From the IMG/VR virus record IMGVR_UViG_3300034272_003223: DNA of 62,806 nt, one strand, 5' to 3'. This document shows, piece after piece, positions 10,096 through 20,516 of the stretch; the stretch's first letter is position 1; the number at the start of each line of letters is the position of its first letter. The notes beneath the pieces were generated by a model that worked only from the letters and a program-made list of their open reading frames with translations, had not been told where the DNA came from and did not search any database. Position numbers and translations under genes: made by a program. Source of the stretch: an uncultured virus (IMG/VR IMGVR_UViG_3300034272_003223). Lineage: Duplodnaviria > Heunggongvirae > Uroviricota > Caudoviricetes.

Positions 10096-11718
10096 TTAGT
10101 TTTTTCCTAAATTTTTATAAAAGCTCATAAAGTCCATAATATTCTTATTAGACTTTTTAGTTTTTCTTGGTTGGAAATTATCTCCAGAACCAACGTTAGT
10201 TTGAGTAGGTGCAACTGGATTACCTGATCCGCTTATTGAGGCAGGCGTTTGAAATGCTACACCAGGGGCAGTTGCGTCTTCTTTAACTGTACCAGATCCA
10301 ACTTTAGTTGCTCCTTTGATTTTACTTTGTGGTGCATCTAGTCCACTTTCTGAACTAGTAAAAAGAAATCTAGTCCACTTTTCTGCTTTAAGTTGAGCTT
10401 CCTTTCCTCCTAATTGCTTAGCCGTTCTGGAAATAGTTCTACCTACAACCGGTTTAGTTGCTCTTCTAGCTCTAGCAAAAACTTCTCCTAATACCTTTTG
10501 TTCGTATCCATCAACTTCATCACTAAATTTAAGAAAACCGGAACCAATAAGATCGCCAATCTTTAGTAGATAATTAATTCTACTTGAATCTAGCATCTGT
10601 TTAGATGTAATAGGAATTATTTGCTTTTCATATAGAGGAAGTGTAATCTCTGGAGAATATGAAACTCCTTTATATCGCTTTAGATCTAGGTCAGTTTTAT
10701 ACTTACCTAATCTTGCTCTAGCTTCCATATATGCTTCAACGGCAAGTGCCATATAGGTAGATTTAGCTTCTCTAGAAAGAGCCGTTTGATCATCAGTACC
10801 TCTCCTAGGATCAGTCATAATCTCGGTTCTAACTTTAACAAACTTTGATTCAAGCGTATTTATGTCTGGCCAAGTTCTAAGTTCTTCAATCGCCAATCTA
10901 ATAAGAACATCACGTTTAGTAAACTTTTCAGCTCTACCTCCAGTTTTCTTGTTAAGTTCATCTGAAAGTTCTTTAATCTTTCTCTTAAGCTCTTCTATCT
11001 TTTCTTGACTTTCATCGTATTTAATAGCTTGATCTTCTTCAAACTCTGGACTAACTATTTCAATGAAATCAATATCTTCAATATCTGGCTCAACTCGGTT
11101 TTTCTTTTTAGAAAAACCATCTAATATTTCTGCGATTTGAACGGCTTGTCTAACATCGTCCTTAATTGCTTCATCATCAGTTGAATCTTTTCCAAAATTA
11201 GATTCAACGTATTTCATTAAAGTTTCAGCTTGAGTTGCCTTTTCTTCACCAAGATCAGATGCTGCAATTTTTAGTTTAGATAAAAGATCATTTACCTCCT
11301 TTGTCCATTTAGACTCTTCTATTGCGTGATATGCATCCCAGATAGTTTTTAATCTTTGCTCATATACATTGATTCTTGCTTGCTGAGTAGTTGTATCTTG
11401 ACCGTTTTTAATTAGATCTTCCAATTCAGAAATTTCTAATTTTAAGACTTGTGAAACATAATCAATGTACTTATCTAAAATTTTGATCCATTGGGTTTGC
11501 AAGAATACTTGACTAAGTTGTTCTAAGATAACCGGATCAGTTTTAGATTTATTAATAATATCCTTTTCTATCAACATAGATAGAAATGCATCTAATTTTG
11601 CAAGCATATCTGCATCATTTTCGATGCTAATTATATCATTGGCTTCATTTCCAATAATAATAAGGTCAGCCTCCAATAGAAGATGTTCTAGAATATTTAT
11701 GTGTTTAAATTTAAGCAT
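10096..11718 (-). CDS. Large helical hypothetical protein (possible internal head protein)
   Basis: 540-aa ORF; N-terminal LLLEA and C-terminal KNIMDFMSF motif. Confidence 0.55.
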   Translation of the reverse strand: MLKFKHINILEHLLLEADLIIIGNEANDIISIENDADMLAKLDAFLSMLIEKDIINKSKTDPVILEQLSQVFLQTQWIKILDKYIDYVSQVLKLEISELEDLIKNGQDTTTQQARINVYEQRLKTIWDAYHAIEESKWTKEVNDLLSKLKIAASDLGEEKATQAETLMKYVESNFGKDSTDDEAIKDDVRQAVQIAEILDGFSKKKNRVEPDIEDIDFIEIVSPEFEEDQAIKYDESQEKIEELKRKIKELSDELNKKTGGRAEKFTKRDVLIRLAIEELRTWPDINTLESKFVKVRTEIMTDPRRGTDDQTALSREAKSTYMALAVEAYMEARARLGKYKTDLDLKRYKGVSYSPEITLPLYEKQIIPITSKQMLDSSRINYLLKIGDLIGSGFLKFSDEVDGYEQKVLGEVFARARRATKPVVGRTISRTAKQLGGKEAQLKAEKWTRFLFTSSESGLDAPQSKIKGATKVGSGTVKEDATAPGVAFQTPASISGSGNPVAPTQTNVGSGDNFQPRKTKKSNKNIMDFMSFYKNLGKN

Positions 11719-12137
11719 TAGTCTAGGGTTAATCTGTAAGCTAATTTATTTTTAAGAGATAAAAACTCATCTCTTAAGTTATACAATTCAGTATTTGATT
11801 CTTGTTCGAATATTTCACAAAAATCTTGGCAAAATACCTTTTCGATATTTTGAATAAAGATTGGCATAGCTGACTCATAGTCCATTACAAGAATAGCGCT
11901 ACCTCCAACTTTAAATCTGCCGTATTTTCCAATAACTTGCTCAGCAATTTCGTCAACTAAACCTAGGAAATCATCATAAAATGCACCAAACGCATTATGT
12001 TGAGCTTCGTTAGTTGTTTGCCAATGTAAAATATGAGCTTGGTCTCTAATTTGTAGTAGACTTAACATGAACGTAGATACATCCATGCCCTCGATTTGAG
12101 GTTCATCTAGTCCGCTTTGTAATTCAAATGGAATCAT
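11718..12137 (-). CDS. Ferritin/Dps-like four-helix protein (DUF5856-like)
   Basis: QAHILHWQT...HNAFGAFYD...DEIAEQ ferroxidase-like pattern; start at 12137 overlaps the stop of the upstream ORF (ATGA). Confidence 0.7.
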   Translation of the reverse strand: MIPFELQSGLDEPQIEGMDVSTFMLSLLQIRDQAHILHWQTTNEAQHNAFGAFYDDFLGLVDEIAEQVIGKYGRFKVGGSAILVMDYESAMPIFIQNIEKVFCQDFCEIFEQESNTELYNLRDEFLSLKNKLAYRLTLD

Positions 12138-12313
12138 TTCTTTGTAGTTTGTTTTTTCCAATCGGCGAACGGTTTAATCCAAAATGTTCTATTTGTTTCC
12201 TTCTTTAATAGATCCATAATTGGATTTTCTCCACTTGGATGTTGTATAACCGCATTTTCCAATCTGGTCTTACCTTGGAGATAATCTTTATAGTTTTTCT
12301 GAGAAGAATTCAC
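12134..12313 (-). CDS. 59-aa hypothetical protein (not in ORF track)
   Basis: Manual translation from GTG: MNSSQKNYKDYLQGKTRLENAVIQHPSGENPIMDLLKKETNRTFWIKPFADWKKQTTKK. AATAAATA lies upstream and the stop is coupled to the next start. Confidence 0.55.
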   Translation of the reverse strand: MNSSQKNYKDYLQGKTRLENAVIQHPSGENPIMDLLKKETNRTFWIKPFADWKKQTTKK

Positions 12314-12355
12314 AAGTTTCGCCCTTTTAAGATATTTATTCGAGCGAGTCTAGAC

Positions 12356-15250
12356 TTATTCTTGAGGAGCCGGTAAGAAAGAATCCATGTTAATATCGAT
12401 TCCTAATAGAGAGTCTGAAGAAGTAGATTTAGTTCTAATATTATTAGCTTGCTCAACTTTAAAGTATTTAAGCTGATCGTCAGTTATCTTTCCATTGATT
12501 AAAACATAATCTCCGGTATGCTTACTTACTGCCATAAAGTAGGTTCCATCTTGTAAGTATCGGTCAAATTCAATTTTCAAGACTCCATTTAGATAGGCCT
12601 GGTTTGTAAATGTTCCGTCTTCAGCAATTGCATTATTAAATGTTGAAACCAATTCATCTTTATAGTTTTTATAAATTAGGTTAAATCCCGATGCTAAGAT
12701 TTCAACAACCTCTGCTTTATTTGATGCCTGAACTGCGGCTGTAATTCCTTGGCTAAAATATTCCTTTCTTGGGTTAGCTGCAGCACTTGGTGCAAATGAT
12801 GTAGAATTTTCAAGATATTCTGGAACTTCTTGTCCAGCTTCTGTAAATATGTCAGATAAACCTTTTCTAATATAGTTTCCAGCGTCAGCTCCCATACCGG
12901 TTCCGCTCTGTCCAGTTAATCTAAAATTATCTCCACTTGATTTAATTTCAATTGAATCACCTCCAACTTTAATATCTCCTTTAGTTTTATTATCCGCATT
13001 TACTGCATCTTTAACTAGGATAGACATCAAGATCTCTCCACGACCGATATTTACATTTCCAACTGATCCAATTAAATTGAATAATTGCTCATATAATTCT
13101 GGGCTAAGTCCTGTAGTATTAAATAGGGTTTTTAAATTTCCATTTGGGCTTGACGTAATATCTTCAAGCGTGATAGTTGGATTATCTAAATACGCTAATA
13201 GGTCATCGTCTTGGTCAAGCTCATCTGCGATTGTAACAATAGTTTTTGCTAAATCTTTATAACCCTTAGTTTTGCTAAGAATATCAAATAGATCTTTGGT
13301 TACATCATTGTGGGTTCTCTTTAAGAGTTTTTCAATCTTTTTATAGAGAGCTTCATTGTATGGAGCATCAATAATAAGATCCAATAGAGCAGTTTTCTTT
13401 TTATCCAACTCTTCAACTGAAATTGATTCAGTTAATAAAGACTCTTCAATTTCTTTACCCATATTATAGAATTCAGAATGAAGTGGTTTACTGGTTAAAT
13501 TTTTGTATAGAACAAAATCTTGGTCTTTAACTGATTTAATTAAGTCGCTCTCTAATTCAATTTTAGGAACTTCAACCACTCTAAGCTGAGATGGAATCTT
13601 AGCGTATGGAGCCTTTTTATTAATTCGATTTAAATCTATTGATAAATCTGGAATAAAGTCTGGATTTGTTGCAATCGCCTTAATTGAATAACCTGGACCA
13701 ACTGACTTTATTAGTTCATCGATTCCAATTGAATCGACACTACCTCCCCCTACTACATAATCAGAGGTTTTAGAAAGTCTATCAATTGAACTTTTAACAG
13801 TATCGATTGACATTGGAAAAACTGAACTTCTTTTTCCAGGGTGGTATGCTACCATTAAACAAGGAGAATCATATTTTCCTTTAATATTAGCAGCAATCTT
13901 TTCGTGCTCTTTACTTAGGGGTTGAAATTTATCTAGGTAAACAATTACCTCAACTTCTTTTTTTTTATTTTGGTCTGCTTGAAATTGACTGAAAAAATCA
14001 GTTGCATCCTCATCAGTTCCAAAAAATTGATTAAAGGTTGGGAAAAAAGATTCGTTTAACTTATCTTCTGCTGCCAATTGAACCTTAGATATTTGAGATT
14101 TTAGAGTTTCTTTCATAGTTTTATTAAAGAATGTTGAGCTAACTCTAATGTTCTTCTTTCTAAATGTATTTAGGAAAACTCTATAAAGTTCTTTGAGCGT
14201 TTTATCAGAATCAATTAAATTAATAACAATATCATCATTAATTAATGATCGGTTAACGTCAAATTCAGGTTTATTTAAGAATTCTGGTGTTGTAATTTCA
14301 AGTCCACGATATTTGCTACCATGTTCCTGAACAAAATCTTTGAAAATTGCATTTATAATTTGAATGTATCTTCTTTCAAATGTTGTACCATTTGGTTTAA
14401 TTGCATCAAGATCCGCTTGTGAATAAGTCTCAATGAAATTCATTAAGTCAGCAGTCATGATCCAAATATAATCATCAGTTTTAGGTGCTTCAACTCTAGC
14501 CTGAGCCTTTTCCTTTGCTCTTGCTTGGAATACTGGGTCTACTAATTTTGCTAAAAATACAGAGTCTTCTCCATTTGGCTCATAAAATCTAAATACAATA
14601 CCTTCAATATCTTTGTCTGCACTATCTCTTAAAAATGAAGTTTTAAGTTCAGGGTTTAGGACATTAATAATGTATTTAGTAAATGACGCAGTTTTAAACT
14701 TTCCAACCAGTTCATCAAGAGGAGTATAGACAAAGTCTAAAATCTTTTCCTTTTGATCTTCGGTTAGCTTTCCTTGAAAAATAATTGGTGGGCGTTCAAT
14801 ATCTAAAATATCTGCCCATTTGTCTAAATCTTCTTTATCTTGAATAGTCTCCGCTTGTTCGCCTGCCTCATCCAATATATGAATATAACTTAGGATTAGG
14901 TGATTCTTAGGAAGTCTATCATATTGGATTGACTGTGCAGTTGGAGAACTAAAATACTCCATTCCAAAATGATAATTACATGGAAGCTTTTCGATTACCT
15001 CTGACGATAACTCATCAAAGTGCTTAAGTGCAGGATTATAGTATGAACTTAGGACACGATCTACTCCAGTTAATTTAGTATTACGTTTAAAAAATTCAAA
15101 AGGTTCTTCAGAATTTCCACAGTTTCTTTGAGCACCAAAGAAGGCACCGTCCATTTTTTCATTAACGATAACTTCTTTGTTTAATAGAGCTTCTAAGAAT
15201 TCTTTGCCCTTTTTTTCGTAAATATCTTTTAAGTGGTTTAAACCTGCCAT
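12356..15250 (-). CDS. Multidomain protein: RNA-ligase-like nucleotidyltransferase + degenerate cytidylyltransferase-like domain + PD-(D/E)xK nuclease-like domain
   Basis: NEKMDG (motif I), GMEYF, IEGIVFR and LAKLV ligase-type motifs; KFQPLSKEH degenerate HIGH-like motif; GRGE...KGDIKVGGDSIEIKS nuclease-like motif. Confidence 0.6.
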   Translation of the reverse strand: MAGLNHLKDIYEKKGKEFLEALLNKEVIVNEKMDGAFFGAQRNCGNSEEPFEFFKRNTKLTGVDRVLSSYYNPALKHFDELSSEVIEKLPCNYHFGMEYFSSPTAQSIQYDRLPKNHLILSYIHILDEAGEQAETIQDKEDLDKWADILDIERPPIIFQGKLTEDQKEKILDFVYTPLDELVGKFKTASFTKYIINVLNPELKTSFLRDSADKDIEGIVFRFYEPNGEDSVFLAKLVDPVFQARAKEKAQARVEAPKTDDYIWIMTADLMNFIETYSQADLDAIKPNGTTFERRYIQIINAIFKDFVQEHGSKYRGLEITTPEFLNKPEFDVNRSLINDDIVINLIDSDKTLKELYRVFLNTFRKKNIRVSSTFFNKTMKETLKSQISKVQLAAEDKLNESFFPTFNQFFGTDEDATDFFSQFQADQNKKKEVEVIVYLDKFQPLSKEHEKIAANIKGKYDSPCLMVAYHPGKRSSVFPMSIDTVKSSIDRLSKTSDYVVGGGSVDSIGIDELIKSVGPGYSIKAIATNPDFIPDLSIDLNRINKKAPYAKIPSQLRVVEVPKIELESDLIKSVKDQDFVLYKNLTSKPLHSEFYNMGKEIEESLLTESISVEELDKKKTALLDLIIDAPYNEALYKKIEKLLKRTHNDVTKDLFDILSKTKGYKDLAKTIVTIADELDQDDDLLAYLDNPTITLEDITSSPNGNLKTLFNTTGLSPELYEQLFNLIGSVGNVNIGRGEILMSILVKDAVNADNKTKGDIKVGGDSIEIKSSGDNFRLTGQSGTGMGADAGNYIRKGLSDIFTEAGQEVPEYLENSTSFAPSAAANPRKEYFSQGITAAVQASNKAEVVEILASGFNLIYKNYKDELVSTFNNAIAEDGTFTNQAYLNGVLKIEFDRYLQDGTYFMAVSKHTGDYVLINGKITDDQLKYFKVEQANNIRTKSTSSDSLLGIDINMDSFLPAPQE

Positions 15251-15269
15251 AAATTTTAATGTTTATTAA

Positions 15270-15770
15270 TTAGTCTAGTGATCCGTGTTTACCAGCTGAC
15301 ATGTCTTTTGCAAACTCTTGTCCAGCTTTAGATGAAACTCCAAGGTTAATACCTTTTAGTAAGCCAGCATCTTCTGGGTTTTCTTCAAAATAGGTAACTA
15401 ATTGATCTAAGTTAATATTTTGATATGGTTGGATAGTTCCCTCAGGAAGTTTCTTTTCTAATTCTCTACCAGAAGAATAGTCTTTCCAGTTAAGATTCCA
15501 ACAGTAAAATTTAACTTCTTGCTTCATTTTTGATGCAAAATAGTGATCAATATCTGCAAGTCTTGCCTGAACCTCTGAAAGATCTGTTTTGTATGAAGTA
15601 GAGTGTCCATAGATATCAGCCGGGGTTCCGATACTTAAGCTATCTGAAGTTAAATCTGTTAATTTAACCAATTTGTCCATTAGCTCCTGAAATGGTATGC
15701 CTTTAAGATCTTGAGTATCTTCTGCTTCATTTAAGAATTGCTTGAAGTCTCCAATTACGCGATTTGTCAT
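15270..15770 (-). CDS. Hypothetical protein with N-terminal capsid-targeting-like motif
   Basis: RVIGDFKQFLNEA; GATAAATA at 15793-15800 upstream. Confidence 0.6.
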   Translation of the reverse strand: MTNRVIGDFKQFLNEAEDTQDLKGIPFQELMDKLVKLTDLTSDSLSIGTPADIYGHSTSYKTDLSEVQARLADIDHYFASKMKQEVKFYCWNLNWKDYSSGRELEKKLPEGTIQPYQNINLDQLVTYFEENPEDAGLLKGINLGVSSKAGQEFAKDMSAGKHGSLD

Positions 15771-15791
15771 TTTATAGTTGCCTATTTCTAA

Positions 15792-16391
15792 TTATTTATC
15801 CCGAACTAGTTTTTGGATTAAATCGCAGAACTCATCAACTGATTCTGAATCAAAATTATTTGTGAATGTATTAAATGAATTACCTAATCGACCTTCTTTA
15901 AATGTCCATGGAGCAGATTGAATTAAATTATGCATAATTCTTTTTTCTTCACTCGGTGAAATTAAGCCATCCCATAGGTCTTTTTGACGAGATTGGTCTT
16001 GTTTAAATTGATCGGGTGCATCAATCATAATAGTTTTACAGTCTTGATAGCCAGGACGATTAATTAGACCAGCCAGCTCAGATTGAGCTTCATCAAAGGT
16101 TATTCGATTCCATAAAGTAGCCCAGGTGGCAGCTGTAATATGAGCTCGGTCAAATACAAAAATCTTTTCTGGAAATTGCTTATGTAGATCTAGGATTGTC
16201 ATAATATTACCCATGCTAAAGTAGTGGATTCCTTTATCGGACTTATCCCAATCTTTAACGATTGCAGAGTATTCGTTTGCTAGGTAAAATTTATAATAAA
16301 ATAGGTTTAGATCAACACCATGTCTTTCAATTAATTGGTTTAGCAAATAGGTTTTGCCTGAATGACGTGTGCCTTCAATAAAAATTATCAT
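15792..16391 (-). CDS. P-loop nucleotide (dTMP-type) kinase-like protein
   Basis: IIFIEGTRHSGKT Walker A and FVFDR motif. Confidence 0.7.
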   Translation of the reverse strand: MIIFIEGTRHSGKTYLLNQLIERHGVDLNLFYYKFYLANEYSAIVKDWDKSDKGIHYFSMGNIMTILDLHKQFPEKIFVFDRAHITAATWATLWNRITFDEAQSELAGLINRPGYQDCKTIMIDAPDQFKQDQSRQKDLWDGLISPSEEKRIMHNLIQSAPWTFKEGRLGNSFNTFTNNFDSESVDEFCDLIQKLVRDK

Positions 16392-16918
16392 GAGTATTTA
16401 AGTTGTATTCTTTCTCTAGTTAATATACCAATATTTCCATTGATTTGAAGTAGTTCAGTCTTATCAACAAACCAATATTCAATCTTTTCAGTGACTTTAG
16501 AAAGATATGGATTTTTGACATACTTATCGATTTGAACCAATGAGTCTTCGAATATTCGAATTGTATCAAAGTTTGGTCCAACCTTATCTAAGTACTCTAA
16601 TAACATCTGTGGCTTGTCAGTATTTCTTTCACATAGGATAATTTGATCAAATCTTTTACTAATACCAAACTTATCCAATACAGCTTCCATGGCCTTTCTA
16701 GTTTTCTCAACTCGGTGACTTAATATAATAGTAGTATGGTCTTCAGATAATTGGTTAAATACTGAGTCAATTAACTGTAATCGATAGAGATTTGTATTCA
16801 GGGACTTTGGATTATCAAACCATTCGTATGGCTTTTTAAATTCTGTTCCTGCATGGGTAAATGGCGGAACTCTAAAGAGGGTTTCATCAAAATCGACTAC
16901 GTTTAAAACTTGCTTCAT
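16388..16918 (-). CDS. HAD-superfamily phosphatase (RNA-repair HAD-like)
   Basis: VVDFDETLF motif I, ILSHR, IFEDS; start refined to MKQVLN. Confidence 0.75.
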   Translation of the reverse strand: MKQVLNVVDFDETLFRVPPFTHAGTEFKKPYEWFDNPKSLNTNLYRLQLIDSVFNQLSEDHTTIILSHRVEKTRKAMEAVLDKFGISKRFDQIILCERNTDKPQMLLEYLDKVGPNFDTIRIFEDSLVQIDKYVKNPYLSKVTEKIEYWFVDKTELLQINGNIGILTRERIQLKYS

Positions 16919-16955
16919 ATGAAATAAATAACTTTGAAATAATATTATACTAAAA

Positions 16956-17417
16956 TTGAACTTAGAGTTTATCAAAGGAGAGTACGAGGGTAATAGAGTT
17001 AATCTGGTTAGGGAAACTATTCAGAGAAAGCAGCCCTTTGTCATCTTTACTTTTAGTAATCCAAAGATTTATCGTCAAGTTTTAACAGATTTATCCAAAT
17101 TTGGTGCACTTCCATATGTTCGTCAGACATTTATTCCAAATGTTCAAATGGGCGGCTATCCTATAATATACCCAAGTATTTTTGTAACAAACGTCGGATC
17201 TGATGTAAAAGACGGAGAATTTAAACAAATGATGCTTGGCAGCTTAAAACAATATCACATTGATTCTATTATTTGTCTCTATGCTGGACAGCTTAGTTCA
17301 TATTATAAAAATGGAGATACCCATTCAATTGGAACTGACATTTATACAACATTGGATCCACGTGAATTTGAAAGCTATTACTTTAAATTGGAGAGTACTT
17401 GTTATACCTTTGTCTAA
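16956..17417 (+). CDS. Hypothetical protein
   Basis: 153-aa ORF with AATAAATA at 16923-16930 upstream. Confidence 0.55.
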   Translation: MNLEFIKGEYEGNRVNLVRETIQRKQPFVIFTFSNPKIYRQVLTDLSKFGALPYVRQTFIPNVQMGGYPIIYPSIFVTNVGSDVKDGEFKQMMLGSLKQYHIDSIICLYAGQLSSYYKNGDTHSIGTDIYTTLDPREFESYYFKLESTCYTFV

Positions 17418-17448
17418 ACCTTAAGTCCAGTACCAAGTAAAAGAAGGT

Positions 17449-17898
17449 ATGGAATTCGAACAACAATCACAAGAAGTTAAGAAGAGTTTATCTGATGTTT
17501 TTTCAGCAAAGCGTAAGGTTGTGTCTGAAGAGGTGCAAGAAGGTATTGGCTATATGAATAATATTAAACGCCTAGCCGACGCTCAGGTTTATTTCTTAAG
17601 TTTAAGACAGAGATTGCTCGAAGAAAACCATACCCTAATTGAACATTACAATCGCTATAAAAAGAAATATAGAGAACAAAAAGGAGACGAATGGGAAGCA
17701 GTCTCCAGAACATCCCAGCTAAGATACAATTCTAACGAAAAGACTACTATTGTCGACGGAAAAACGTCTAACATCAAAGAAACGATCGAACAAATCGAAA
17801 GCCAAACTCAATTTTATCAAGACACAATCAAGACAGTAGATGCCGCTCTTTTCGGAATTAAAACTAGACTTGATATCGAAAAGATGCTGGGTGTGTAA
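17449..17898 (+). CDS. uvsY: UvsY-like recombination mediator
   Basis: Helical 149-aa protein directly upstream of uvsW; size and C-terminus (FGIKTRLDIEKMLGV) fit UvsY. Confidence 0.6.
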   Translation: MEFEQQSQEVKKSLSDVFSAKRKVVSEEVQEGIGYMNNIKRLADAQVYFLSLRQRLLEENHTLIEHYNRYKKKYREQKGDEWEAVSRTSQLRYNSNEKTTIVDGKTSNIKETIEQIESQTQFYQDTIKTVDAALFGIKTRLDIEKMLGV

Positions 17899-17913
17899 AA
17901 ACATCTGCCAAGT

Positions 17914-19476
17914 TTGCTAAAGTTTAAGTTAACACCAGACAAAAGATATTTTCAGCTAATACATAATGATCTTAAGAAAGAAGTGGTCGATCTTAAGAAC
18001 TTCTTTAAGAAAAGAGCAAAGGGCTATCACTTCAGTCCTCTATTTCAACGTCGCCTTTGGGACGGTTATGACAAGTTCATAGATCGAGAAAACCGAATTG
18101 GAGTAGGTCTTTGGTATCAAATCAAACAATTTAGCCAAATTTATGGTCATGAGATTGAATTAGATGGATTAGATTCTCTACTTAATCTTGAATTTACAAA
18201 GGATCAACTTGATAAATTTGCAAGCGTCTTATTAGATGGTGTGGATCTTACACCATACGATTATCAAATGGAAGCTGCATATCGAGCACTTAAGTTTAAG
18301 TTTAGCGCCCAAGAATTAGCAACTTCTGCTGGTAAAACCCTAATCCTATTTTTATATTTAAGCTTTCTTAAACGCAAAGGAATTATTAATGGCAAAGATA
18401 AAAAGGCCCTTATTGTAGTTCCTAATATTTCGCTAGTTGGCCAAACTGCAGAGAAATTTGTAAAGGACTATCACACTGGATTAATTAACTGGAATATCTT
18501 AGAAGTCGGCGGTAAAAACAAATACTCTGATAAGAAATTTGAAGAAGCCGATCTTGTAATTTCAACATATCAAAGTTTAGCAAAAAGGGACGGAGATTTC
18601 TTTAAGAAATTTACTGTGCTTTGTGTTGATGAGTGCCATACTTCAAGAGGAGATACCATTAAAGATATTCTCCTAGCTTCAACTAATGTTGAATATAAAT
18701 TGGGTCTTTCTGGAACAATTCAAGTAGACGAAGATTTTTCTGACTTCTATAAAATCCAAGAATATATTGGGCCTTTGAGTATGACTCTTAAATCCAGTTT
18801 CCTAATTGAAAACAAACACTCGCCGGATGTTTACATTAAGATTCTTTCCCTAAAATATCCCGAAAACGAACCATTTATTCAAAACTACAAATACATGCAA
18901 GAGCATGGTAAAAGTCAATTCCATCGTATTGAGGACTATGGTAAAAACATGTTCCAAATGGAAAAGGATTTTATTATTTCATATGAACCTCGAGTAGATT
19001 TTATTTCAACCTTAGTTCAAAAACTTGGTGGAAATACCCTAATCTTATTCATTAATGTAAAGGACAAATACGGCCAGCGGATAAAGGAACGAATTTCCGA
19101 TTGGAATCCAAATTCATTTTATATTGATGGCGAAGTAAGTGGTGATGACCGAGCTGAATATAAAGATGCAATGGAAGCTGGGTCTAATGTAACCCTAGTT
19201 GCAAGTTATGCAACCTTTGCGACCGGTATCGACTTAAAGAATGTGCAAAATATTATCTTTGCCGAAAGTTATAAATCTGAAATTACTATTCGCCAAGCAG
19301 TAGGGCGTGGCATGCGTAAACTTGCTGGAAAAAGCAAAGTAACAATTTATGATCTAATCGATGATCTAAATGGTTATATTGTAAAACACGGTAAAGTTCG
19401 TGAGAAAATTTATGAAAAGGAACAGTGGATTGTGTCTAAACACAGTTATGACTTAGGTAAATTCATTAAGGGTTAA
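17914..19476 (+). CDS. uvsW: UvsW-like SF2 DNA helicase
   Basis: PYDYQ Q-motif, LATSAGKT, VDECH, GLSGT, TGID, QAVGRGMR. Confidence 0.9.
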   Translation: MLKFKLTPDKRYFQLIHNDLKKEVVDLKNFFKKRAKGYHFSPLFQRRLWDGYDKFIDRENRIGVGLWYQIKQFSQIYGHEIELDGLDSLLNLEFTKDQLDKFASVLLDGVDLTPYDYQMEAAYRALKFKFSAQELATSAGKTLILFLYLSFLKRKGIINGKDKKALIVVPNISLVGQTAEKFVKDYHTGLINWNILEVGGKNKYSDKKFEEADLVISTYQSLAKRDGDFFKKFTVLCVDECHTSRGDTIKDILLASTNVEYKLGLSGTIQVDEDFSDFYKIQEYIGPLSMTLKSSFLIENKHSPDVYIKILSLKYPENEPFIQNYKYMQEHGKSQFHRIEDYGKNMFQMEKDFIISYEPRVDFISTLVQKLGGNTLILFINVKDKYGQRIKERISDWNPNSFYIDGEVSGDDRAEYKDAMEAGSNVTLVASYATFATGIDLKNVQNIIFAESYKSEITIRQAVGRGMRKLAGKSKVTIYDLIDDLNGYIVKHGKVREKIYEKEQWIVSKHSYDLGKFIKG

Positions 19477-20261
19477 CGTATATGACCGTCTGTAATCTCG
19501 TCCGCTAAGAACTCCATAAAATACCGTTCGGCATTGCGCTCAAATTCTTTATGTTGACGCTGGATTGATTTAAGATCGTCTTCAATTTGATCTAATTTAG
19601 CAGATTCTGTATCGAACCATTTAATAAGTTCAGCTAATTTATCAGTAATTTCCTTTACTGCATCTTCGTCTTCTACTAAACCAAGTTCAGCAAGACGCTT
19701 CCATTCAGGACTATTGATTGCGGTAGCAACTTCTGCAATAGTTTCTTCATCATAATACTCTTTAGTCTCTAAATAATCAGTAACAGTTTCTTCTGCATAT
19801 TCTAGTAGACGGTCTGCTCCTAATTCTGGTTCAATATGAACCCAACCGCCGCTATTTCCGCCCCAACCGACTGCATTTACCCAATCATAGGATTGTTCAA
19901 TATCTTCTTGAAACATTTCCGCTTGATCTTGTAGCCATCTATACCAAATATCGCTTAGGTACTCTTCATCAAGTTCAATACCAAATTTAGATTCAACTTC
20001 ATCTGTACTTGGCCATACATGAACCTTTACATTAAGCGCAAAATAGTCTCCTTTATGGTTGCTATAGCCTCTTCCTCTATTTAAATTCCAATCATCTGAA
20101 AATAGTGAATCGACTTTAGCCTCAAATAATTCTAGTTTTTTAAGTATGTCCCTTTCTAACAGAAAATCGACAAGCTTATCTTTATAAAAAGCAACTAACG
20201 AATTATTGTTAGCCTTTAAATACTCTCTGCTAAAATTTTCAAATAGTTTAATATGTTTCAT
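19473..20261 (-). CDS. Acidic hypothetical protein with N-terminal capsid-targeting-like motif
   Basis: MKHIKLFENF start; GWGGNSGGW motif. Confidence 0.6.
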   Translation of the reverse strand: MKHIKLFENFSREYLKANNNSLVAFYKDKLVDFLLERDILKKLELFEAKVDSLFSDDWNLNRGRGYSNHKGDYFALNVKVHVWPSTDEVESKFGIELDEEYLSDIWYRWLQDQAEMFQEDIEQSYDWVNAVGWGGNSGGWVHIEPELGADRLLEYAEETVTDYLETKEYYDEETIAEVATAINSPEWKRLAELGLVEDEDAVKEITDKLAELIKWFDTESAKLDQIEDDLKSIQRQHKEFERNAERYFMEFLADEITDGHIR

Positions 20262-20263
20262 AG

Positions 20264-20515
20264 TTACTTAGATTCAAAATATTCGTTAAATTGTAAAATA
20301 CTTTCGTTAACTGATTGATATGCTGGAACCTTTGCTTTTTCTTTTACTGATGTTGATTTGGGTTGTGCAACAGCTTGTGTCTGTGACACCTTAACTGCTA
20401 GTTCAGTAACCTTATCCCTAATCGAACAAATTTTTTGATAGTCCTGTTTTGTTAATTGAATCGTTGATTCATTTAGCGTAGACAAATAGTTTAAAAATTG
20501 GTCGATTTGCGACAT
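20264..20515 (-). CDS. Small protein with two capsid-targeting-like motifs
   Basis: MSQIDQFLNYLSTLNES and VNESILQFNEYFESK. Confidence 0.55.
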   Translation of the reverse strand: MSQIDQFLNYLSTLNESTIQLTKQDYQKICSIRDKVTELAVKVSQTQAVAQPKSTSVKEKAKVPAYQSVNESILQFNEYFESK

Positions 20516-20516
20516 T

